From an uncultured Oscillospiraceae bacterium (GTDB lineage: Bacteria > Bacillota > Clostridia > Oscillospirales > SIG627), in assembly GCA_964650465.1 (NCBI GenBank), contig CAZYTA010000011.1, forward strand, positions 562 through 64,561: a stretch of DNA of 64,000 nt, given 5' to 3'. The translations under genes were made by a program, and so were the position numbers. The notes under the pieces are model-generated. The model saw nothing but the letters and a program-made list of their open reading frames with translations. It made no database searches and was not told the origin of the DNA. Positions 18,211 through 26,415 of this stretch are shown here, piece by piece. Positions within the stretch are counted from its first letter, which is position 1; every line of letters starts with the position of its first letter.

Positions 18211-20335
18211 GAAGGCTATCAGAGTTATTGCCTTGATACTTGCAGTACTTATGGTCCTTGGACTTTTGGTTGTTGCAATCGAAGCAATAGCGGCAGATAT
18301 ACCTACAGCTATTGAGACAATCGAACAGACTACAGGCGGAGATGAGCTCTCCGCCGTAGCTCTCACTTCTCAGGAAACTTCACCCGAATTGCCATCGGGT
18401 TATTTTTATCTCACAGACCCATCAAAGACATCACGTGACATTTCCGGACTTATTCCTCACCTTGATAAGGTCACACAGCCTATCAGAGTTGGTGTATACT
18501 ATATCTACGGCTCAAACAATTGTCTTGCATTCAGTCATAACATTTCGTCAACCAAGGGCGGACTTGTGATGTATTCAACCTTCGGAGACGAATATACGTT
18601 TTACCGTACCTCCGATACAGGTATCACGGTAATGCGAGACTTTTCCGCAAAGCAAAATTCAAGCGGACTTTATTATCATACAACAACAGGGAATACACAC
18701 ATAATATATCACTGCATAACCGAACACCCTGTTGCATTGGAGGATGTTGACAAAACCATCGATGAATATAAAACCATTCTCGGAAATGATGCGACTGTTT
18801 TTCCCCTTTATATGGACGGTCAGGCATACATAGGTGTTGGAACGTATTCGAATAAGGATGCTTCTGCTGCCGATTGCGAAAATATGAAGTCGAAATTAGG
18901 AGCAAGCTTTGTTCCGAGAACACCCAACAATACTTCTTTGAGTGTTGTTGAAACCTCGACAGGAAAAATTCTTTTTAAGATTGATACCGAAAATCAGGCA
19001 CTTTATGTCAGACCTGTGCAGTCCTATGAAAACGAAAATTACATAAAAAGTGCTGTAGGAAATCTTTTTGACGGAACATTTGAATATAAAACAACAATTA
19101 ATGGTATGTACCTTGTAAATATCCTTGATATTGAGGATTATATAAAGAGCGTTTTGCCTTATGAAATATCCGCATCATGGCCTGATGAATGCCTTAAGGC
19201 TTTCTCGATTGTAGTGCGTTCTTACACTTTGTCTATGCTTGGCAAGTCACACAAGCAACAGGACTTTGATATGTGTGACGAAACACACTGTCAGGCGTAT
19301 CGCGGCAGACTTCGTTCCACAGACAGAACCGATGCTGCCGTTGATGCAACAAAAAATATAGTTCTTGCGTATAACTCAAAGGTTTGTGAGGCTTTTTATC
19401 ATGCCATTTCTGGAGGGGTTACAGAATCGTGTGAATACGTGTGGGGCGGTACAGGATATCCTTATCTCGTCTCACAGCCTGTACCGGACGAAAAGTATTG
19501 GAATTATACCAACGGTGTGTGGAAGTTTGAAGTGTCGGAGCAAGAGCTTTTCAGTTACATACAAAGCAATTCAACAGTGTCTCGTTATGTAAAACACCCT
19601 ATTACATCGATAAGAATATCAAAGTACACCGATGCAGGATATGCTTATGAGATGGAAATAACCGATTCCAGCGGTACTGTTTCTACATTTACGAAATGCG
19701 ATAACATAAGATCAATACTTACAAAATACGCAAAAAGCTCCCGTCTTACCATCGGAAAAAGCAGTACTGTAACAGTAAACGACGGACAAACTGTTACAAT
19801 AGACCCTTACAACATAGTTCAGACAGACAAAGACGGCAAGCCTGTTATCAGTACTACTGCGGCAGGAAGTGATGTAAAAAAACAGGTTATAAGCGGAACA
19901 GGGGAAATAACTACTCTTTCATCCGAGAGCTCATCCAATTATATAATTTCAGGCACAGGCTGGGGACATGGAGTCGGTCTGAGTCAGTACGGTGCAAGAG
20001 ATATGGCAAATAACGGATATCTTTGGCACGAAATAGCATTGTATTTCTTCCCGGGTGCATATCTTGCATTGCTCTCCGATATGTCTACGGATATACTGGC
20101 TGCACCTGATGAGCCCGATATCTCGGAAGAGCCCGATTCACCTACGGAACCGGAGACACCCGAGGTGCCTGAGAACTCGGAAGAAACGGATACCCCCGAG
20201 GAGCCTGCAGAAGGTACTGATAATTCTGATGAAACAACAGAAGAAGATACCGAAAATGACCCTTCTGAAGACGATGACGAGCTTGACGATTATTATGAGA
20301 ATTATAAGCCCGGAACTCCGATAAGAGTGGTATAG
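18197..20335 (+). CDS. SpoIID/LytB-domain protein (712 aa) with N-terminal TM anchor and acidic low-complexity tail
   Basis: SpoIID-domain motifs EDYIKSVLPYEISASWPDECLKAFSIVVRSYT, CDETHCQAYRG, AFYHAISGGVTES and GWGHGVGLSQYGA. TTG start at 18197 after agaggag, overlapping the upstream stop by 14 nt. Confidence 0.85.
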   Translation: MYKNKKAIRVIALILAVLMVLGLLVVAIEAIAADIPTAIETIEQTTGGDELSAVALTSQETSPELPSGYFYLTDPSKTSRDISGLIPHLDKVTQPIRVGVYYIYGSNNCLAFSHNISSTKGGLVMYSTFGDEYTFYRTSDTGITVMRDFSAKQNSSGLYYHTTTGNTHIIYHCITEHPVALEDVDKTIDEYKTILGNDATVFPLYMDGQAYIGVGTYSNKDASAADCENMKSKLGASFVPRTPNNTSLSVVETSTGKILFKIDTENQALYVRPVQSYENENYIKSAVGNLFDGTFEYKTTINGMYLVNILDIEDYIKSVLPYEISASWPDECLKAFSIVVRSYTLSMLGKSHKQQDFDMCDETHCQAYRGRLRSTDRTDAAVDATKNIVLAYNSKVCEAFYHAISGGVTESCEYVWGGTGYPYLVSQPVPDEKYWNYTNGVWKFEVSEQELFSYIQSNSTVSRYVKHPITSIRISKYTDAGYAYEMEITDSSGTVSTFTKCDNIRSILTKYAKSSRLTIGKSSTVTVNDGQTVTIDPYNIVQTDKDGKPVISTTAAGSDVKKQVISGTGEITTLSSESSSNYIISGTGWGHGVGLSQYGARDMANNGYLWHEIALYFFPGAYLALLSDMSTDILAAPDEPDISEEPDSPTEPETPEVPENSEETDTPEEPAEGTDNSDETTEEDTENDPSEDDDELDDYYENYKPGTPIRVV

Positions 20336-20388
20336 TAGAACTTTTGTTGGTTTCAAGGATTATTTTTGCAGATAAATATTCCTGCAAA

Positions 20389-20534
20389 ATAAAAAGCGGC
20401 GAGTCGCCGCTGACAATGCTCGCCTATTGTAGCCTATATATGCATCCAAATAAAGTAAAACGGCGAGGTTGATTCAATGCAATTTCCTTGTAGATAAAAA
20501 AAGCGGCGAGTTGCCGCTTGCAAATCTACCTATC
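20389..20534 (-). repeat. About 1.3 units of the ATAGG/terminator repeat (reverse orientation)
   Basis: The reverse complement reads gataggtagatttgcaagcggcaactcgccgcttttttt / atctacaaggaaattgcattgaatcaacctcgccgttttac...atataggctacaataggcgagcattgtcagcggcgactcgccgctttt. Confidence 0.8.
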
Positions 20535-20605
20535 CGTATTTTGACTGTGTTCAAACAGCGCAAAAGGGTTTTACCGATTTTGCGAAATATTATATGATAC
20601 AATAT

Positions 20606-20644
20606 GGGCTGTTTAAATACTCGAATAGAGTTTTTAAACAGCCC
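20606..20644 (+). terminator. Long hairpin, nearly identical to the one at 50425-50463
   Basis: gggctgtttaaatactc-gaata-gagtttttaaacagccc followed by gtttttt. Lies 10 nt beyond the eda stop. Confidence 0.65.
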
Positions 20645-20653
20645 GTTTTTTGC

Positions 20654-21283
20654 TTATAAATCCTTTACAAGAGCTACAGCATCGGCAACCAGCTTGGTGA
20701 TTGCGTCAAAGTCGCCTGCATCTATCTTGTCATTGGGAGTCATCCAACTGCCGCCGCAACAGATAACAGCCTTACATGCAAGATAGCTTGCGATATTTTC
20801 AGGGGAAACACCGCCGGTAGGCATAATGCTTATCACATTATAAGGAGCGGTGAGTGCCTTTATCATTTTTACTCCGCCTGCTGCTTCTGCAGGGAAGAAC
20901 TTAAGACATTTGAGACCTATGGAAAGTGCCGCTTCGATTTCGGTAGGTGTGCATACACCGGGAATCATGGGAACACCCTTAGCGAAGCAGTGCTGAACTA
21001 CTTCCTTGTTGAAGCCGGGAGCAACGATGAATTTTGCACCTGCCTCAATGGCACGGTCTGCCTGTTCAACTGTAAGGACAGTGCCTGCTCCTACAAACAT
21101 ATCAGGATATGCCTTGGTGATAGCGGCAATACATTCTGCAGCGCCTTCTGTTCTGAAGGTAACCTCTGCACAGGGAAGACCTCCGTCAACGAGAGCCTTT
21201 GCGAGAGGGACTGCTTTATCAAGAGATTTTATTGTAACTACAGGGACAACTTTAAATTCTTTGAGCTTTGCGATTACGTCCAT
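20654..21283 (-). CDS. eda: 2-dehydro-3-deoxyphosphogluconate / 4-hydroxy-2-oxoglutarate aldolase
   Basis: VVPVVTIKSLDKAVPLAKALVDGGLPCAEVTFRT...FKFFPAEAAGG is a typical KDPG aldolase pattern. The second ATG (21283) has the better spacing to aaggag. Confidence 0.9.
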   Translation of the reverse strand: MDVIAKLKEFKVVPVVTIKSLDKAVPLAKALVDGGLPCAEVTFRTEGAAECIAAITKAYPDMFVGAGTVLTVEQADRAIEAGAKFIVAPGFNKEVVQHCFAKGVPMIPGVCTPTEIEAALSIGLKCLKFFPAEAAGGVKMIKALTAPYNVISIMPTGGVSPENIASYLACKAVICCGGSWMTPNDKIDAGDFDAITKLVADAVALVKDL

Positions 21284-21294
21284 TTTCATTCTCC

Positions 21295-22317
21295 TTATCT
21301 TACAACTCTGCCCGAACCGTCGCCGCCTGCAAGCTGCATAACTTCGGGAACGGTTACCATGTTGAAGTCACCCTCGATGCTGTGCTTGAGACAGCTTGCG
21401 GCAACTGCAAATTCAATTGTTTCCTGGCTGGACATTTCTGAGAGAGTTGCATAAATGAGACCTGCTCCGAAGCTGTCACCGCCGCCAACTCTGTCGACAA
21501 TGTGCATAAGATATGATTTTGAGAAGAAATATTCGCCGTTCTCGTAGAGCATAGCCGCCCACTTGTTATCGTTTGCGCTGATTGAGGAACGGAGTGTAAT
21601 AGCAACCTTTTTAAAACCGAAACGGTCAGCAAGCTGCTTTGCAACATCCTTGTAGCCTTCTTCGTTTATCTTACCGCCTGTTATATCTGTGTGAGCCGCC
21701 TTGATACCAAATACGTCTCCCGCATCCTCTTCATTTGCAATGCACACATCAACGAAGGGCATAAGAGTGCCCATAACCTGACCTGCTTTTTCTCTTGACC
21801 AGAGCTTTTTACGGTAGTTGAGGTCGCATGAAACCTGAAGTCCCTGCTTCTTTGCTTCTTTACAAGCCTCAAGGCAGATAGCTGCTACATCGTCGCCAAG
21901 AGCAGGTGTAATACCTGTAAAGTGGAACCAATCTGCGCCTTTGAATATATCTACCCAGTCGAAATCCTCAGGCTTAGCCATAGCTATTGAGGAATATGCT
22001 CTGTCATAGATAACTTTTGAGGGTCTCTGGCTTGCGCCTTTTTCAAGGAAGTAAATGCCTACTCTGTCGCCACCTCTTGTTATTTTTGAAGTATCAACAC
22101 CGTAACGTCTGAGCGAGTTTACCGCAGCCTGTCCGATGTCATGAGCGGGGAGCTTTGTTACAAATGCCGCATCCATACCGTAATTGGCAAGTGATACTGC
22201 AACATTTGCCTCACCGCCGCCGAAGGTTGCACCTAAAGTATCTGCCTGAAGGAATCTGTAGTATCCTTCGGGAGCGAGACGAAGCATTATTTCTCCGAAA
22301 GTAATAATTCTTTTCAT
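21295..22317 (-). CDS. kdgK: 2-dehydro-3-deoxygluconokinase (PfkB family)
   Basis: ITFGEIMLRLAPEGYYRFLQADTLGATFGGGEANVAVSLANYG and VDRVGGGDSFGAG motifs. Operon with eda. RBS aaaggag. Confidence 0.9.
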   Translation of the reverse strand: MKRIITFGEIMLRLAPEGYYRFLQADTLGATFGGGEANVAVSLANYGMDAAFVTKLPAHDIGQAAVNSLRRYGVDTSKITRGGDRVGIYFLEKGASQRPSKVIYDRAYSSIAMAKPEDFDWVDIFKGADWFHFTGITPALGDDVAAICLEACKEAKKQGLQVSCDLNYRKKLWSREKAGQVMGTLMPFVDVCIANEEDAGDVFGIKAAHTDITGGKINEEGYKDVAKQLADRFGFKKVAITLRSSISANDNKWAAMLYENGEYFFSKSYLMHIVDRVGGGDSFGAGLIYATLSEMSSQETIEFAVAASCLKHSIEGDFNMVTVPEVMQLAGGDGSGRVVR

Positions 22318-22349
22318 ATTGTTCTCCTTTTCGTTTTATTATCGTATTG

Positions 22350-22378
22350 ATTATAGTACCAAAAACCGAAAATGTCAA
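22350..22378 (-). promoter_or_regulatory. Consensus sigma-A promoter for kdgK-eda
   Basis: The minus strand reads TTGACA, 17 nt, TATAAT. Confidence 0.55.
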
Positions 22379-22439
22379 CAGTTATAATGCCTTTTTACCA
22401 AATTTTGTAAACGTTTTCAATACGCTGTTTATTTTGGGG

Positions 22440-22467
22440 TTGATTTTTCTGAGATTTATGGTACAAT
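22440..22467 (+). promoter_or_regulatory. Sigma-A promoter (extended -10) for the DMT transporter gene
   Basis: TTGATT, a 16-nt spacer ending in TGg, then TACAAT. Confidence 0.5.
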
Positions 22468-22500
22468 ATATAAGTATTTTTAACCAAGAGGTAACATTTT

Positions 22501-23361
22501 ATGAAAAACGCAAAAGGAAGCCTTATACTTTTGCTCACTGCCTTTATATGGGGTACTGCATTTGTGGCACAATCTGTGGGCATGGATCACATACAGCCTT
22601 TTACTTTTAACTGTATCAGAAATTTCGTAGGAGCGGCGGCGCTTTTACCCGTCATATTCATAATGGAAAAAATCAGCCCCGATAAAGAAAAAGAGGATAC
22701 AAAAACTCTTATTATCGGAGGTGTGTGCTGCGGTATTGCATTGGCTGTTGCATCGACACTTCAGCAGATCGGTATCCAATACACAACCTCGGGAAAAGCT
22801 GGATTTATCACGGCTTTGTACATAATCTTTGTTCCTTTGTTTTCTCTTTTTACAAAGAAAAAACCAAAGCCTACGATATGGCTTTCGGTTGCTCTTGCGG
22901 TAGTGGGAATGTATTTGCTGTGTGTTAAGGAAAGTGTTTCGATAAATAAAGGTGACTTTTTCATATTTCTTTGTGCAATCGTCTTTACCTTCCACATTAT
23001 GATAATAGACCGCTTTTCTCCAAAGGTAAACGGCGTTAAAATGTCTTGTATACAGTTCCTTGTATGCGGTAGTATTTGCTTGGTGTGTACGCTGTTGTTT
23101 GATACTCCCACTGCTGCAGGGATAAAACTGGCGGCTGTACCTATTCTTTATACAGGTATTATGTCCTCAGGTGTAGCTTATACTCTTCAGATAGTAGGAC
23201 AAAAATTTACATCTCCCACTCTTGCAACTCTGATTATGAGCCTTGAATCTGTTTTTGCGGCTCTTGCGGGATGGGTGCTTTTGAATCAGGGAATGTCAAT
23301 TACAGAGATTTTCGGCTCACTTTTAATGTTTGTCGGAATTTTGATTGCACAATTTGTATAA
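22501..23361 (+). CDS. DMT-superfamily (EamA) transporter
   Basis: Ten predicted TM helices arranged as two EamA repeats (LLLTAFIWGTAFVAQ...; SLESVFAALAGWVLL). Confidence 0.85.
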   Translation: MKNAKGSLILLLTAFIWGTAFVAQSVGMDHIQPFTFNCIRNFVGAAALLPVIFIMEKISPDKEKEDTKTLIIGGVCCGIALAVASTLQQIGIQYTTSGKAGFITALYIIFVPLFSLFTKKKPKPTIWLSVALAVVGMYLLCVKESVSINKGDFFIFLCAIVFTFHIMIIDRFSPKVNGVKMSCIQFLVCGSICLVCTLLFDTPTAAGIKLAAVPILYTGIMSSGVAYTLQIVGQKFTSPTLATLIMSLESVFAALAGWVLLNQGMSITEIFGSLLMFVGILIAQFV

Positions 23362-23442
23362 TTCATAAATTATCTATTGCTTTTTTTGATTTGTTAATGT
23401 ATAATGGAAAAAACTTATTTAGAAAACTTTGGAGGTACAACA

Positions 23443-23850
23443 ATGTTAACTTATCTTACAGCTGCCGCTGAACAGACAGCAAATCCTGCAGGCGGCGGAT
23501 TATCAATGCTTATAATGATGGTGGTTCTTTTCGTGGTAATGTATTTCTTTATGATAAGACCCCAGAAAAAGCAGGAAAGAGAAATTGCACAGATGCGCAA
23601 CAGCATCATGGTAGGCGATGAGATTTGCACAAACGGCGGAATAATCGGCAGAGTTTGTTCGATAAAAAATGATATTCTCACCCTTGAAATAAATAAGGAC
23701 AGAACTCACATGAAGGTATACCGTTGGGCAGTCAGAGAGGTTGTTAATCCCGTTCCCCGTCCTGATGCACCTGTTGAAGCTGAAAAGGCTGATGACAAGA
23801 AGGACAAGAAGGATAAGAAGGAAGAAAACGATCCTGAGCTCAAGGACTGA
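23443..23850 (+). CDS. yajC: Preprotein translocase subunit YajC (with Lys/Asp-rich C-terminal extension)
   Basis: MLIMMVVLFVVMYFFMIRPQKKQEREIAQMRNSIMVGDEICTNGGIIGRV is the YajC signature. ATG at 23443 follows ggaggt. Confidence 0.9.
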   Translation: MLTYLTAAAEQTANPAGGGLSMLIMMVVLFVVMYFFMIRPQKKQEREIAQMRNSIMVGDEICTNGGIIGRVCSIKNDILTLEINKDRTHMKVYRWAVREVVNPVPRPDAPVEAEKADDKKDKKDKKEENDPELKD

Positions 23851-23874
23851 TTTATTACTCTTAACAAAAATAGG

Positions 23875-23911
23875 CTACCGTAAACAAGCGCGCTTGTTTA
23901 CGGTAGTTTTT
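23875..23911. terminator. Bidirectional hairpin terminator between yajC and the sigma-factor fragment
   Basis: ctaccgtaaacaagcg/cgcttgtttacggtag (16-bp arms), flanked by aaaaa upstream and ttttt downstream. Confidence 0.8.
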
Positions 23912-23937
23912 GTCTTGCAGGAAGCAGTCTGCATCTT

Positions 23938-24495
23938 TTATATATTCTTTTTTATCGTAGCGAGAGCACCCTTTTCAAGTCTTGACACTTGTGCTTGGCT
24001 TATACCTACCTCTGATGCGACCTCCATTTGAGTTTTGCCCATAAAAAATCGCATATTGATTATAGTATTTTCGCGGGCGGAAAGCTTTTTGAGTGCTTCG
24101 CTGATTGCAATACTTTCTGTCCATATGGCATCATTATTTTTGTTGTCACACAGCTGATCCATTATATATATTGAGTCTCCGTTATCGGAGTACACAGGCT
24201 CATACAGCGATACGGGAGCAACAACTGCATCAAGTGCATCTGATACCATTTTTACAGTGTATCTTATAGGCTCTATCCATACGCCTGTAGTACGTTTCTT
24301 TTCCTCTGCATCCTCTGCTGCTCTTTTGTTGACTTCTTCGGTTAATTCTTCTATAGTGGGGTCACGTGAAAGCTTTAATGAAAGCTTTTCGCGTGCAGAT
24401 AGTGCTTTGTACGCCGTATCCCTCACCGAACGGCTGACTCTTATCATATTGTTGTCTCTTAGATAGCGTCTTATTTCACCGATTATCATTGGCAT
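23938..24495 (-). pseudogene. 5'-truncated SigG/SigF-type sporulation sigma factor (end of region 2.4 through region 4.2 only)
   Basis: Starts MPMIIGEIRRYLRDNNMIRVSRSVRD. I recall B. subtilis SigG as ...YAVPMIIGEIRRYLRDNNPIRVSRSLRD. Ends with the region 4.2 HTH KTQMEVASEVGISQAQVSRLEKGAL. An in-frame TAG lies two codons upstream of the ATG. No SD sequence. Only 66 nt separate it from a divergent gene. Confidence 0.7.
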
Positions 24496-24516
24496 GAATG
24501 TCTATAGTCGAAAAGG

Positions 24517-24545
24517 TTGACAGAATCAAAAAAAAATGATATCAT
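24517..24545 (+). promoter_or_regulatory. Sigma-A promoter (extended -10) for the flippase gene
   Basis: TTGACA, a 17-nt spacer ending in TGa, then TATCAT. Confidence 0.5.
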
Positions 24546-24561
24546 TTAAAAATGAGGTGAA

Positions 24562-26184
24562 ATGATGGAAAAGAGAAGAAATTCGCTTATTATCCAGGGC
24601 TCAATTCTTGCTCTTGCGGGAATTGTTACGAAGATAATTGGTTTTATATACAGAATTCCAATGGCAAATATGCTTGGTGAGCAGGGGAATGGAATCTATT
24701 CGGTATCCTTTGGCATTTACAATGTAGCTTTGACTTTGTCATCTTACAGCTTGCCCTTGGCGGTATCAAAATTAGTGTCGGCAAGGCTGGCAAAAAATGA
24801 GCCTAAAAACGCTTTTGTGCTTTTCAGACGCGCTTTGCTTTTTGCTGTTATTGCAGGACTTTGTGCTTTTTCTGTTTTGTTTTTCGGTGCGGAATGGCTG
24901 GAGGCTCTTTACAGCAGGGTGGGCTTGGCTCATCCGCTGAGAGTACTTGCCCCCACAGCGTTTACGGTTGCTCTTCTCGGAGTTTTCAGAGGATATTTTC
25001 AAGGACATTCAAATATGGTGCCCACGGCTTTGTCCCAGATATTTGAGCAGATTATTAATGCGGTAGTAAGTATAATAGCAACTTACTTTTTTATTAAGGC
25101 TTATGCAGGTTCGCCGGATGTGGCATCAAGAGGTGCTGCCGGCGCCACAGCCGGTACTCTTGCCGGTGCTTTCGGTGCCCTTGTGATGATGGTATTGTTT
25201 TTTGCTTCCAAGTATAGAAGCATACAAAATGATGTTAAAGCAGATACAAGCGTGCAAGAGGGAAGAAAGACAGCTTATATCAGCATAATTACTACTATGA
25301 TTCCCATTGTATTGAGTCAGTCAATTTACCAGATAGGCTTTACGGTAGACGATTTGATTTTTGGAAATATAATGGCAAATAAAGGAGTAGATGATGCTGT
25401 TGTAAGCTCTGTTCAAGGTGTTTTTAATACCCAGTACACTCAGCTCATAAATCTTCCTATAGCAATTGCCACAGCGCTTGCGGCATCGGCGTTGCCGAGT
25501 ATAGTAAACCTTTTTACGCAAGGGAGGCACGAAGAAAAAAACAGCAAAATTGCAGGTGTCATTAAGCTGACAGCGGCAATTTCCATACCGTCTGCAGTAG
25601 GACTTGCGGTTCTTGCAAGACCTATAATTACATTACTGTTTCCAAACCTTGTTGACTACAGGGAAATAGCCATAAAGCTTTTACAGTTTGGTTCTTCGGC
25701 GTGCGTTTTCTATTCGCTTGCAACGATTACGACCTCTGTTCTGCAGGGGAATAACAGAATGCGAACCCCCGTTGTAAACTCCTTCATATCTTTTTTGCTT
25801 CATATTGCAATTATTTATCCTTTGTTGCGCTTTACCGACCTTTCTGTATATGCACTGCTGATTGGCGATATCACTTTTCCTCTTGTGATTGTGTTCCTTA
25901 ATATTAGGTCACTGAAAAAAACAGGTTATACATTGGAAGTGAAAAAAACTTTATTGCGTCCTTTTGCTGTTTCTTTGATAATGGGAGTGGCTGCATGGCT
26001 TGTCAGCTTTGTATGTGTAAAGCTTGGAGTTCACAGTGTAATCTCTTTGGGTGGTACATTAATCGTTGCTGTTTGTATTTATGCGGCTTTTGTTCTTAAG
26101 ATGCAGGTATTTACAGACGAGGAAATATTGGATCTTCCTATGGGCGGCAGAATACTAAGACTAAAGCAGAAAATTTGTAAATAA
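24562..26184 (+). CDS. MOP-superfamily flippase (SpoVB / MurJ-like polysaccharide or lipid II flippase)
   Basis: About 14 TM helices. The N-terminus (GSILALAGIVTKIIGFIYRIPMANMLGEQGNGIYSVSF...LPLAVSKLVS...RGYFQGHSNMVPTALSQIFEQ) parallels SpoVB/MurJ. The start may be the second ATG at 24565. Confidence 0.8.
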   Translation: MMEKRRNSLIIQGSILALAGIVTKIIGFIYRIPMANMLGEQGNGIYSVSFGIYNVALTLSSYSLPLAVSKLVSARLAKNEPKNAFVLFRRALLFAVIAGLCAFSVLFFGAEWLEALYSRVGLAHPLRVLAPTAFTVALLGVFRGYFQGHSNMVPTALSQIFEQIINAVVSIIATYFFIKAYAGSPDVASRGAAGATAGTLAGAFGALVMMVLFFASKYRSIQNDVKADTSVQEGRKTAYISIITTMIPIVLSQSIYQIGFTVDDLIFGNIMANKGVDDAVVSSVQGVFNTQYTQLINLPIAIATALAASALPSIVNLFTQGRHEEKNSKIAGVIKLTAAISIPSAVGLAVLARPIITLLFPNLVDYREIAIKLLQFGSSACVFYSLATITTSVLQGNNRMRTPVVNSFISFLLHIAIIYPLLRFTDLSVYALLIGDITFPLVIVFLNIRSLKKTGYTLEVKKTLLRPFAVSLIMGVAAWLVSFVCVKLGVHSVISLGGTLIVAVCIYAAFVLKMQVFTDEEILDLPMGGRILRLKQKICK

Positions 26185-26330
26185 CAGAATTTTGACCTCA
26201 AATAACATAAGAAGTTTTAAAATACGAAATATTATGCACAATATCGACAATTTTTTTGCCTGAAATATATTTGTTTTGTAAAAAATAACAACTATTGTTA
26301 AACAAATGTGAATTTTATTCAAAAAAATAC

Positions 26331-26358
26331 TTGACATATATTAAAAAAATGTTATAAT
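26331..26358 (+). promoter_or_regulatory. Consensus sigma-A promoter (extended -10) for the SigH-like gene
   Basis: TTGACA, a 16-nt spacer ending in TGt, then TATAAT. Confidence 0.55.
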
Positions 26359-26415
26359 CTAATTAATAGGTTTTTTAGACTCAGCATACTGAACGGGTCG
26401 GTGGAGTATATACTT

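Noticed and set aside
20090-20335. Acidic Pro/Glu/Asp/Thr low-complexity coding repeats. They also occur at 17770-17890 and 28700-29250.
   Set aside because: These are compositionally biased linker or tail regions inside well-supported ORFs, not nucleotide-level tandem repeats or separate features. They are mentioned within the relevant findings.
23938-26184. Sigma-factor fragment considered as half of a developmentally rearranged gene (a sigK/skin-like intervening element)
   Set aside because: The window contains no recombinase and no matching 5' half. The adjacent DNA is an ordinary flippase gene with its own promoter. SigG-type factors act in the forespore, where excision would be heritable, unlike the known mother-cell cases. 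I kept it only as a low-probability alternative in the finding.
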